Of a DNA stretch of 64,000 nucleotides, positions 29,952 to 38,684 are shown piece by piece. The stretch comes from Alphaproteobacteria bacterium. GTDB lineage: Bacteria; Pseudomonadota; Alphaproteobacteria; CACIAM-22H2. The stretch spans positions 184,034 to 248,033 of the forward strand of contig WGNX01000009.1 in assembly GCA_016124335.1 (NCBI GenBank), given 5' to 3'. How positions within the stretch are numbered: position 1 is the first letter of the stretch; the number at the start of each line of letters is the position of its first letter. The translations under genes and the position numbers were made by a program. Below the pieces are notes generated by a model, which was not told where the DNA came from, made no database searches, and worked only from the letters and a program-made list of their open reading frames with translations.

Positions 29952-30052
29952 CCGTCATGCCCGCACTTGATGCGGGCATCCACGACTTGATTGCGAACCG
30001 CCCAGATGTGCCCAAACGATGTGGATGCCCGGCTCAGGGCCGGGCATGACGG
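29952..30052. repeat. Inverted doublet of REP-like palindromes (REPIN-like)
   Basis: 29952-29983 CCGTCATGCCCGCACTTGATGCGGGCATCCAC matches the reverse complement of 30021-30052 (CCGTCATGCCCGGCCCTGAGCCGGGCATCCAC); each arm is itself a hairpin; lies between convergent genes. Confidence 0.8.
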
Positions 30053-30059
30053 TGGGGGC

Positions 30060-30341
30060 TCAATACTGGTTGATATCCGGCGTGCGGTCGACGACGCGGC
30101 GCAGCAGCGTGCGGAACGGCACGATGAGCGCCACGCCGATCGCCGCGAACACGACGAGCTTCATCAGCAGCGTTTCGGGCAGGATGCCGGCATAGGCGCA
30201 CACGGCCACGAGGAAGCCCGACGCCGCGAAGGACAGGAAGAAGCCCATCGGCAGCAGGATTTCCACGATCAGGAAAAGCACGCCGATGCAGGCCCACGCG
30301 GCCACCGGATAGTCCGCGAAGATCGGATCGAGGAAGCTCAT
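30060..30341 (-). CDS. NfeD-like small membrane protein
   Basis: WACIGVLFLIVEILLPMGFFL; start overlaps the SPFH gene stop; a standard SPFH partner. Confidence 0.75.
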   Translation of the reverse strand: MSFLDPIFADYPVAAWACIGVLFLIVEILLPMGFFLSFAASGFLVAVCAYAGILPETLLMKLVVFAAIGVALIVPFRTLLRRVVDRTPDINQY

Positions 30342-31222
30342 TTGGGTTTCAGCGCCTCCAGGATCGTCGCAAGGCCACCCAGCGACTTCGTGATGTCGGT
30401 CGGGATGACGATGAGCTTGGAATTGCCCGACTTGGCAAGCTCGGCGATCGAGCCGATCTGCTGTTTCAGGATTTCGAAATCGATCGCCGCGCGCCCGTTC
30501 GTCTCGATCGCGCGTCCCACCGCCGTGGTCGCGTAGGCTTCGGCATCGGCCAGCACGCGGCGCGCCTCGGCCTGCTTCTGCGCGGTGTAGAATTCGCCGT
30601 CCGCCTTCAATTGCTGCGCCTGCCGGTCGCCCTCGGCCTTGGTGACGGCCGCGCGCCGCTCGCGCTCGGCATTGAGCTGCTGCTGCATGGCGGTGCGCGT
30701 CGCGGTATCGACCGACACGTCGAGCACTTCGGTGCGCGTGATCTCGATGCCCCACACCGCGCAGGCTTCCGAAAGCGAATCCTTGATCTTCTCGTTGATG
30801 AAGTCGCGCTTGGCCTGCACCTCGTCGAACTCCATCAGGCCGCCGGTCGAGCGCACGATGCTGGTGATCGTGGTCTTCACCGCCTGATCGACATTCGTGA
30901 TCCGGTAGACCGACTTCGCCGCATCGACGACGCGGAAAAACACCGCCGTCGTCAGATGGATCTCGACATTGTCCTTGGTGATGACGCTGATCTGCTGCGG
31001 CTCGAGCTGGCGCTCGAGGACACTGACCTTCGCCGAAACGCTGTAGAGCACCGGCACGATGAAATTGAGGCCCGCGCGCAGCGTGGTGACGTATTTGCCG
31101 AACTGCTCGACGACATATTCGTGCGACTGCGGCACGATCTTGATCCCGCTGAGCGCCACGAGCACCAGCAGGATGAAGATCGCGGCGGGCAGGTATTCGG
31201 CGGCGAATGCGACTGGCGACAT
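30338..31222 (-). CDS. SPFH/band 7 (QmcA/stomatin-like) protein
   Basis: N-terminal TM, VITKDNV, WGIEITRTEV, QQLNAERERRA. Confidence 0.93.
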   Translation of the reverse strand: MSPVAFAAEYLPAAIFILLVLVALSGIKIVPQSHEYVVEQFGKYVTTLRAGLNFIVPVLYSVSAKVSVLERQLEPQQISVITKDNVEIHLTTAVFFRVVDAAKSVYRITNVDQAVKTTITSIVRSTGGLMEFDEVQAKRDFINEKIKDSLSEACAVWGIEITRTEVLDVSVDTATRTAMQQQLNAERERRAAVTKAEGDRQAQQLKADGEFYTAQKQAEARRVLADAEAYATTAVGRAIETNGRAAIDFEILKQQIGSIAELAKSGNSKLIVIPTDITKSLGGLATILEALKPK

Positions 31223-31432
31223 GTCCTCGGCGCTCCCGTTTCGGGTCTCGTTGCAAGCGATGATAGCAACGGCGGCGGCCGGCCGCGAGCCCTGTCGTTC
31301 CCGTCACTCCACGGGGCTTGACAGATAGATCAACTGTCTCGCAATAAATCCGAATGATGCACCGCAACCAGCCAACATAGCGTCGCAGAACGGGATGCAT
31401 CGACACGTTAGTTTTCGGACAATCAGCGGCTG

Positions 31433-32164
31433 CTATAGATCGATCGATATTGTTCTTATCGCAGGCATCAATCCAAAATTCTCGAATTCTTCATAGTAAA
31501 GTTTTGACGCAATCCGGATCGCACAGACACCTGCCGTGGCTACCGTCTTTATTGAATGCATCATCGTCAAATCACCGCCATGTAAATATATCGTATTAAT
31601 TTTTTTCCCGTCTCTCGTGTCGATAATATCAAGACTCGCCAGAACGCCTTGCGGATTTGGGTGGGCGCCGAAATCGATCGCTCGCTCATAAAGAATGTCA
31701 AAAACATCGGCATCTTTCACGTCGAGTTTCCGCAGCCGTCCCTTCACATTCCGAATTGTGAATTCACGCTTCATTCTTTCCCGAGTTTGATCGTCAGTAT
31801 GTCGATTTAGCCATAATTTCGTCAGTTCCTCATTCTCGTGGATGTACGCGGCGTACCCGATCATCTCGAGGAGCATTCGCACAGCCGTCATCGTCTCTAC
31901 CCCATGCCCTGCAGTCGCAAGGGACGAAGCGGCTCGGAACGCCGAGTGACAGCGATAAATTAGAGAGGCGGAGACCAAATTTTTGGGGTCGGTACTCTTC
32001 GAGCAGTAGCCATAAAAGACGTCGTCGATATTCGCCAGCTTGTGATGCAACTCCGGATTCTGGACGAATGTCGCATATCGATTCTCAATTTCTTCCTGAA
32101 AGAAACCTGAGAGTCGATCATTCAACCAACCGACAGGTGGTTCAAATTCGGGGGCTTTTATCAT
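31433..32164 (-). CDS. Hypothetical protein in an AT-richer segment (possible DUF5677/HEPN-like)
   Basis: Long open frame with atypical codon usage; AVRMLLE...AAYI and LYERAIDFGAHPN motifs; start uncertain (32164 or 32239). Confidence 0.7.
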   Translation of the reverse strand: MIKAPEFEPPVGWLNDRLSGFFQEEIENRYATFVQNPELHHKLANIDDVFYGYCSKSTDPKNLVSASLIYRCHSAFRAASSLATAGHGVETMTAVRMLLEMIGYAAYIHENEELTKLWLNRHTDDQTRERMKREFTIRNVKGRLRKLDVKDADVFDILYERAIDFGAHPNPQGVLASLDIIDTRDGKKINTIYLHGGDLTMMHSIKTVATAGVCAIRIASKLYYEEFENFGLMPAIRTISIDL

Positions 32165-32319
32165 CTGCGACTCGATCTCTTGAGAACAACGCAATTTGCC
32201 AGTCCCTGACCTCAATTGCGTAGGCGAACGCGTCTGCATAAAAGCCGTACGCGACCAGGAGCGGCCAACCCCAATTCATTTACCTCGCCGCACGGCCGCG
32301 AGAAGATTGCGCCGCGCCC

Positions 32320-32943
32320 TTACCCGCCCTTCGTCTTGTAGAGCGGCTCCGACACGCCCTTGAGCGACAGGCGCTGGCGCCCCGGCTCGGGGGCTTCCAG
32401 CGCGTCGCATTCCTCGAACGTGGCAAGGCAGCGCAGCGTCAGGTTCTGGTAGTCGCGCGTGCCCGAGCGCTTCCACTCGATTTCCCTGTCGGTGAGTTCG
32501 CGCATGATCTTGGCCGGGATGCCGCCCACCAGCGTGCGCGGCGGCACGACGAAGCCCGCGCGCACGAACGCCATCGCGGCCACGAACGCGCTTTCGCCCA
32601 CGACGGCACCGTCCATCACCGTCGCGTTCATGCCGACCAATGCGTCGCGCTTGATCGTGCAGCCATGCAGGATCGCGCCGTGGCCGATATGCGCGTCCAC
32701 CTCCAGCACCGTGTCGGTGTCGGGGAAGCCGTGCACCACGCAGCTGTCCTGCAGGTTCGAGCCCTTTTCCATGACGAGCCGGCCGAAATCGCCGCGCATC
32801 GTGGCGCCTGCGCCGATATAGCAGCCGGGGCCCACGATCACGTCGCCGATCAGCACGGCGGTCGGATGCACGAAGCTCGTGGGATCGACGACGGGCACAA
32901 GCCCGTCGATCGCGTAGACGCGCGGGCGGCGAGGCTTGCTCAT
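32320..32943 (-). CDS. paaY: Phenylacetate degradation protein PaaY (hexapeptide repeat)
   Basis: VYAIDGLVPVVDPTSFVHPTAVLIGDV, RGDFG, HIGHGAILHGC; paa context. Confidence 0.92.
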   Translation of the reverse strand: MSKPRRPRVYAIDGLVPVVDPTSFVHPTAVLIGDVIVGPGCYIGAGATMRGDFGRLVMEKGSNLQDSCVVHGFPDTDTVLEVDAHIGHGAILHGCTIKRDALVGMNATVMDGAVVGESAFVAAMAFVRAGFVVPPRTLVGGIPAKIMRELTDREIEWKRSGTRDYQNLTLRCLATFEECDALEAPEPGRQRLSLKGVSEPLYKTKGG

Positions 32944-34607
32944 GCGACGGCCGCCTTTGCCGCGCGGCGCACCTGGGCCACGTGGAAGCGCGGGGCGACG
33001 AAGCCCGCATCGGTGAGCGAGGCGTTGGCCGCCGGGTTGCAGCCTGTCGCGTGATAGTCGCTGAACGCGGCCGACTGGTTGACGAACACGCCGCCGGTCA
33101 GGTTTTCCGACAGCGCCACGCCCACGTCAGCCGCACGCTCGGCAGCTTTTTCAAGGAAGGCGGGATCGGTCGAATAGACCGAGGCCGTAATCGCCCCCTT
33201 CCTGGCGATCGTGCCGAAGGCGGCTTCCAGCGCCGCGTCGCGGTCGGGTGCGGTCACGATGAACGAGATCGGCCCGAACATCTCGTGCGCATAAAGCGTG
33301 CCCTCGCCCACGTCCGCCGCCATCACCAGCGGCGTGCGCAGTTCGGCATCCGCGAACACGGGGTGCTTGGCCGCCGCACTGGCATGGACGACCTTGCCGT
33401 TGCGGCTTGCCGCCTCGATGCGCGCAAGTGTCGCGTGGCTCTGGATCGCGCCAAGCACTTCGGCCGCGCGCGCGGGATCGCCGAGCAGCCTGTCGATCGC
33501 CTCGCCCAGCTTCTGTCCGAAGGATTCGGGCGAAAGCGGGCCGTCGGGCGTCTTCACGCCGCTTGCGGGCACGAAGATATTCTGCGGCGTCGTGCACATC
33601 TGGCCGGAATAGAGGCATAGCGAGAAGGCAAGATTCTGGAACATGCCCTTGGCGTCGTCCGTGCCGTCGACGACGACGGCATTGGTGCCCGCCTTCTCGG
33701 CAAAGATCGTCGCGTGCCCTGCATTGGCCGAGAGCCACGCGCCGAATTCCGGCCCGCCGGTATAGTCGATCAGCGCCACTTCCGGCCGGCGCGCGAGGAG
33801 CTGGGCGACGGGCGCGTAGAGCGAATCGGCCACGAGCTGCACGGCATCGGGGTCGAGGCCCGCTTCCTTCAGCACGTCGCGCGCCACGCGCACGGTGATG
33901 GCGAGCGGGAGGACGGCCGCCGGATGCGGCTTCACCAGCGTGGGATTGCCGGTGGCAAGATTGGCGAAGATCGCCGGATATGTGTTCCACGTGGGGAATG
34001 TCGCGCAGCCGATCGCAAGCCCGATGCCCTTGGGCACGATGCGGTAGTCTTTCTCCATCACCAGTGCGGGGTTCTTGCCCTGCGGTTTTTCCCAGCGCGC
34101 ATGCGCGGGCACGCGCATCATCTCGCGCCAGGCGGTGGCGACCGCCTCGAGCCCGCGGTCCTGCGCATGCGGGCCGCCGGCCTGGAAGGCCATCACGAAG
34201 CCCTGCCCGGTCGTGTGCATCACGGCGTAGGCGATCTCGAACGACATCCTGTTGAGCCGCGCGAGGATTTCCAGACACACGCCCACGCGCATCCGCGCGC
34301 CGGCCTTGCGCAGGCTCGCGCGCGCGGCGAGCGCATTGGCAATCGCCGGATCGGCGTCGAGGCGCGGATAGGCGATCTTCAGGTCGAAGCCGTAGGGCGA
34401 ACGCTCGGCGCCCACCGTGCCGTTGGCCGACTGGTCCAGCGCGAAGGGCTGGCCGATCTGCGCCTCGAACGCCTTCTTCGCGTCCTCGTTGGCGGTCTCG
34501 CCGTAGATCTTGCCCGAGGGTGCTTCGGGATAGGCCGACCAGTAGCCGCGGCTGTCGATTGCCGCGAGGGCCGCATCCAGCGTTGCGCGATGGCGATCGA
34601 AAAACAT
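32940..34607 (-). CDS. paaN: Phenylacetate degradation protein PaaN (aldehyde dehydrogenase-like)
   Basis: RGYWSAYPE, AFQAGGPHAQDRGLEA, LYSGQMCTTPQN, NQSAAFSDYH. Confidence 0.9.
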   Translation of the reverse strand: MFFDRHRATLDAALAAIDSRGYWSAYPEAPSGKIYGETANEDAKKAFEAQIGQPFALDQSANGTVGAERSPYGFDLKIAYPRLDADPAIANALAARASLRKAGARMRVGVCLEILARLNRMSFEIAYAVMHTTGQGFVMAFQAGGPHAQDRGLEAVATAWREMMRVPAHARWEKPQGKNPALVMEKDYRIVPKGIGLAIGCATFPTWNTYPAIFANLATGNPTLVKPHPAAVLPLAITVRVARDVLKEAGLDPDAVQLVADSLYAPVAQLLARRPEVALIDYTGGPEFGAWLSANAGHATIFAEKAGTNAVVVDGTDDAKGMFQNLAFSLCLYSGQMCTTPQNIFVPASGVKTPDGPLSPESFGQKLGEAIDRLLGDPARAAEVLGAIQSHATLARIEAASRNGKVVHASAAAKHPVFADAELRTPLVMAADVGEGTLYAHEMFGPISFIVTAPDRDAALEAAFGTIARKGAITASVYSTDPAFLEKAAERAADVGVALSENLTGGVFVNQSAAFSDYHATGCNPAANASLTDAGFVAPRFHVAQVRRAAKAAVA

Positions 34608-34726
34608 GCGCGTCCTTATCCTCCCGCAATGCACCCCAGACTTAGCGCGAAACGGCCATACCGGGAAACGCCCATCCGATTGCGTTCGGGGTTGCGGGCC
34701 GCCTGCCGGCTTGGCATGGTCCGGCC

Positions 34727-35506
34727 ATGGCCTACCAGACGATCCGGCATTCGATCGAGGACGGCGTGGCGTCGATCGCGCTCAACCGCCCCGACAAGCT
34801 CAACGCCTTCGTGCCGGAAATGCACATGGAACTGCGTGCGGCACTGGAAGCGGCCCCCGCCGCGGGGGCACGCGCCGTTTTCCTGACCGGCGAGGGCCGC
34901 GGCTTCTGCGCCGGGCAGGATCTGGGCCAGCGCAAGGACGGGCCGACACCCGACCTGTCCGAAACGCTCGGCAAATTCTACAACCCGCTGATCCGCACGA
35001 TCCGCGCCTTGCCGCTTCCGGTGGTCTGCGCGGTCAATGGCGTGGCGGCGGGAGCCGGCATGTCGCTGGCGCTGACCTGCGACATCGTCTACGCGGCGCG
35101 CTCGGCCACGTTCCTTCAGGCCTTCGTCAAGATCGGGCTCGTGCCCGACAGCGGCTCGACCTGGTTCCTGCCGCGCCTTGCCGGAAGCGCACGCGCCAAG
35201 GGCCTTGCGATGCTGGGCGAGAAGATTTCGGCCGAGCAGGCGCACGAATGGGGGCTCATCTGGAAGGTGTGCGAGGACGAGCGCGTGAAGGATGAAGCGC
35301 TGGGCCTCGCCCGCCATCTCGCAACGCAGCCGACCACGGCGCTGGCCGCGATCAAGGCGGCCATCGACGGCGCCTGGGACCGCGATCTCGACAAGGCGCT
35401 CGATCACGAACGAGACGTGCAAGGCGCACTCGGCCGCACGGCCGACTATCGCGAGGGCGTCGCCGCCTTCTTCGAGAAGCGCAAGCCCGCCTTCAAGGGG
35501 AACTGA
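34727..35506 (+). CDS. paaG: 2-(1,2-epoxy-1,2-dihydrophenyl)acetyl-CoA isomerase
   Basis: LNRPDKLNAF, GFCAGQDL, YNPL, GLVPDSG; paa context. Confidence 0.9.
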   Translation: MAYQTIRHSIEDGVASIALNRPDKLNAFVPEMHMELRAALEAAPAAGARAVFLTGEGRGFCAGQDLGQRKDGPTPDLSETLGKFYNPLIRTIRALPLPVVCAVNGVAAGAGMSLALTCDIVYAARSATFLQAFVKIGLVPDSGSTWFLPRLAGSARAKGLAMLGEKISAEQAHEWGLIWKVCEDERVKDEALGLARHLATQPTTALAAIKAAIDGAWDRDLDKALDHERDVQGALGRTADYREGVAAFFEKRKPAFKGN

Positions 35507-35509
35507 GCG

Positions 35510-37024
35510 ATGCCCGCCATTCCCGCCGACCGCACGATCGGCATCGTCGGTGCCGGCGCCATGGGGGCCGGCATCGCGCAGGTGGCGGCAACCGCGGGCC
35601 ATCGCGTGCGGCTTTACGACGTGCGCGAGGGGGCCGTCGAGACGGCGATCGAAAATCTCGGCCGCACGCTCGAAACGCTTGTTGCCAAGGGCAAGATGGG
35701 CGCGGACAAGGCCGAGCTTGTGAAGGGCCGGCTCGAACCGGCCGAGAGCCCCGGCGATTTCGACGTGTGTGCGCTCGTCGTCGAGGCGATCGTCGAGGAT
35801 GTCGAGGCCAAGCGGAAGCTGTTCGCGGAACTGGAAGGCATTGTCGCGGATGACTGCATCCTTGCGACCAACACCTCCTCGCTGTCGATTTCCGCCATCG
35901 CGCGCGGGCTCGCCAGGCCCGGCCGCGTGGCGGGCTTCCATTTTTTCAATCCGGCACCGGTGATGGCGCTGGTCGAGATCGTCTCGGGCCTGACGACCGA
36001 TGCCAACGCGGCCGAAACGCTGTTCGACACCGCCGCCGCGTGGGGCAAGGCGCCCGTGCACGCGGCCTCCACGCCGGGCTTCGTCGTCAACCGCTGCGCA
36101 CGGCCCTTCTATGCCGAAGCGCTGCGCCTCCTGACCGAGCGCGCGACCGATGCCGCCACCATCGATGCGGTGATGCGCGATTGCGGCGGCTTCCGCATGG
36201 GCCCGTGCGAACTGATGGACATGATCGGGCACGACGTGAATTTCGCGGTCACGCGCTCGGTCTACGAGGCCTATTTCAACGATCCGCGCTACCTGCCCTC
36301 GGTCCTGCAGGCCGAGATGGTCGCGGCCGGCAGGCTCGGCCGCAAGAGCGGGCGCGGCTTCTTCGGCTACGGCAAGGAAGCCGACAAGCCGTGGCCCGCG
36401 ACCGAACCGGTGGGCACAAGGCCCAATCAGGTCGTCGTCGAAGGCGATCTCGATTTCCTCGAAACCATGGTCGCGCGCGCACAGGCGGCCGAAATTCCCG
36501 TGCATCGCCGCCCGGCAGGCCCGCGCGGCCCCACGCTGCTGGTCGACGGCGTGGCGCTGCGGCTGACCGACGGGCGCACCGCCACCGTGCGCGCGCGCGA
36601 GACGGGCGAGCCGTCGCTGGTGCTGCACGATCTGGCGCTCGACTATGCCGAATGCACGCGCATTGCCATCGCGGTTGCCGATCTGGCGACCGGTCAGGCG
36701 AGTGCTGTCGCCACCGGTTTCTTCCAGGCCTGCAGCATCGCCGTTTCGCTGATCGACGACGTGCCGGGCCTCGTGGTGATGCGCACGCTCGCCATGCTGG
36801 TGAACGAGGCGCTGGAAGCCGTGCAGCAGGGCGTGGTCAGCGCGGACGGGGTCGATCTGGCGATGACCAAGGGCGTCAATTATCCCAAGGGGCCGTTCGC
36901 CTGGGGCCGCGAGATCGGCCTGCCGACGGTCAAGGCCGTGCTCGACAACCTGCATTTCCATTACGGCGAGGACCGCTATCGCGCCTCGCCGCGGCTCACC
37001 CGGCTGGTGGCGCGCGAACGATGA
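35510..37024 (+). CDS. paaH: 3-hydroxyadipyl-CoA dehydrogenase
   Basis: GAGAMGAGIA, TNTSSLS, HFFNPAP, duplicated C-terminal domain with GVNYP. Confidence 0.92.
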   Translation: MPAIPADRTIGIVGAGAMGAGIAQVAATAGHRVRLYDVREGAVETAIENLGRTLETLVAKGKMGADKAELVKGRLEPAESPGDFDVCALVVEAIVEDVEAKRKLFAELEGIVADDCILATNTSSLSISAIARGLARPGRVAGFHFFNPAPVMALVEIVSGLTTDANAAETLFDTAAAWGKAPVHAASTPGFVVNRCARPFYAEALRLLTERATDAATIDAVMRDCGGFRMGPCELMDMIGHDVNFAVTRSVYEAYFNDPRYLPSVLQAEMVAAGRLGRKSGRGFFGYGKEADKPWPATEPVGTRPNQVVVEGDLDFLETMVARAQAAEIPVHRRPAGPRGPTLLVDGVALRLTDGRTATVRARETGEPSLVLHDLALDYAECTRIAIAVADLATGQASAVATGFFQACSIAVSLIDDVPGLVVMRTLAMLVNEALEAVQQGVVSADGVDLAMTKGVNYPKGPFAWGREIGLPTVKAVLDNLHFHYGEDRYRASPRLTRLVARER

Positions 37025-37479
37025 CCAGACCCACGAAGGAAGAAATCGCGACGAAATCCGCCGAGGCGATGTGGTCGACCGACCGCGCCTCGCGCCACAT
37101 GGGCATGGAGATCGTGCAGGCCCTGCCTTCGGAAGCCGTGCTGCGCATGAAGGTGCGCCCCGAATTCTGCAACGGCCATGCGATCTGCCACGGCGGCTTC
37201 ATCTTCACGCTCGCCGATTCCGCCTTCGCGTTCGCGTGCAACAGCCACAACAAGGTGACGGTCGCCAACAACTGCGCGATCACGTTCGTTGCCGCCGCCA
37301 AGGAAGGCGACGTGCTGACCGCGCATGCGCGCGAGGTGCATCGCGGCGGCCGCTCGGGCGTGACCGAGGTGGAAGTGCGCGACCAGAATGCCAAGCTCGT
37401 GGCGCTTTTCCGCGGCCATTCGACCCAGATCAAGGGCGAACTCGTGCCCGGCCTTACTCCCGAAGGACACGCACAATGA
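37021..37479 (+). CDS. paaI: Phenylacetyl-CoA thioesterase
   Basis: NGHAICHGGFIFTLADSAFAFACNS. Confidence 0.93.
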   Translation: MTRPTKEEIATKSAEAMWSTDRASRHMGMEIVQALPSEAVLRMKVRPEFCNGHAICHGGFIFTLADSAFAFACNSHNKVTVANNCAITFVAAAKEGDVLTAHAREVHRGGRSGVTEVEVRDQNAKLVALFRGHSTQIKGELVPGLTPEGHAQ

Positions 37480-38675
37480 ACGACGCCTTCATCTGCGACG
37501 GCATCCGTACGCCCGTGGGCCGCTATGCCGGGGCGCTGTCCGGCGTGCGAACCGACGATCTGGCGGCCGTCCCGTTGCGCGAACTCATGAAGCGCAACCC
37601 GTCGGTCGACTGGGCGGCGGTGGACGACGTGGTGTTCGGCTGCGCCAACCAGGCGGGCGAGGACAACCGCAACGTCGCGCGCATGGCGCTGCTGCTGGCG
37701 GGGTTCCCCGTGGGCGTGTCGGGCACGACGATCAACCGGCTGTGCGGCTCGGGCCTCGATGCGCTGGCCACGGCCGCGCGCGCGATCCGCACGGGCGAGT
37801 GCGACCTGATGGTGGCAGGCGGCGTGGAAAGCATGAGCCGTGCGCCCTTCGTGATGGGCAAGGCCGAGACGGCGTTCAGCCGCGAGAACGCGATCCACGA
37901 CACGACGATCGGCTGGCGCTTCGTCAATCCGCTGATGAAGCAGCTGCACGGTACCGATTCGATGCCCGAGACGGCCGAGAACGTCGCCGCCGATTATAAA
38001 GTGAGCCGCGAGGACCAGGACGCCTTTGCGCTGCGCAGCCAGCAGAAAGCGCTGGCCGCCCAGGCCAACGGAAGGCTTGCCAGGGAAATCGTCGCGGTCG
38101 AGACGAAGAAGGGCAAGGAGACGGTGATCGTCGACAAGGACGAACACCCGCGCGCCACCTCGCTCGAAGCGCTTGCGAAGCTGAAGGCGCCCTTTCGTGC
38201 CGGCGGCAGCGTGACGGCCGGCAACGCGTCGGGCGTCAATGACGGGGCCGCTGCACTGATCGTCGCTTCCGAAGCGGCGGTGAAGCGCTTCGGCCTGACG
38301 CCGAAGGCGCGCATCGTGGGGGCCGCCACGGCGGGCGTGCCGCCGCGCATCATGGGCATGGGCCCCGCACCCGCGACCAGGAAGCTGCTGGCGAAGCTCG
38401 GCTGGAAGGTTTCCGATCTCGACGTGATCGAACTCAACGAGGCGTTCGCCGCACAGGCGCTGCCCGTGCTGCGCGAGCTTGGCCTTGCCGACGATGCGCC
38501 GCACGTGAACCCCAATGGCGGGGCGATCGCGCTGGGCCATCCGCTGGGCATGTCGGGTGCGCGCATGGCGCTGTCGGCGACGATCGAACTGCATCACGCG
38601 AACAAGAAGCGCGCGCTGGCGACGATGTGCATCGGCGTGGGCCAGGGCATCGCGCTGGCGCTCGAACGTGTGTGA
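37476..38675 (+). CDS. paaJ: 3-oxoadipyl-CoA thiolase (PaaJ/PcaF)
   Basis: GCANQAGEDNRNVAR, INRLCGS, NEAFA, GHPLG, CIGVGQG. Confidence 0.92.
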   Translation: MNDAFICDGIRTPVGRYAGALSGVRTDDLAAVPLRELMKRNPSVDWAAVDDVVFGCANQAGEDNRNVARMALLLAGFPVGVSGTTINRLCGSGLDALATAARAIRTGECDLMVAGGVESMSRAPFVMGKAETAFSRENAIHDTTIGWRFVNPLMKQLHGTDSMPETAENVAADYKVSREDQDAFALRSQQKALAAQANGRLAREIVAVETKKGKETVIVDKDEHPRATSLEALAKLKAPFRAGGSVTAGNASGVNDGAAALIVASEAAVKRFGLTPKARIVGAATAGVPPRIMGMGPAPATRKLLAKLGWKVSDLDVIELNEAFAAQALPVLRELGLADDAPHVNPNGGAIALGHPLGMSGARMALSATIELHHANKKRALATMCIGVGQGIALALERV

Positions 38676-38684
38676 GGACCGAGG

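Noticed and set aside
31318-31350. TTGACA with a short GACAG/CTGTC inverted repeat at the islet edge
   Set aside because: No convincing -10 at proper spacing, no downstream plus-strand gene, and no matching repeat seen at the other islet edge.
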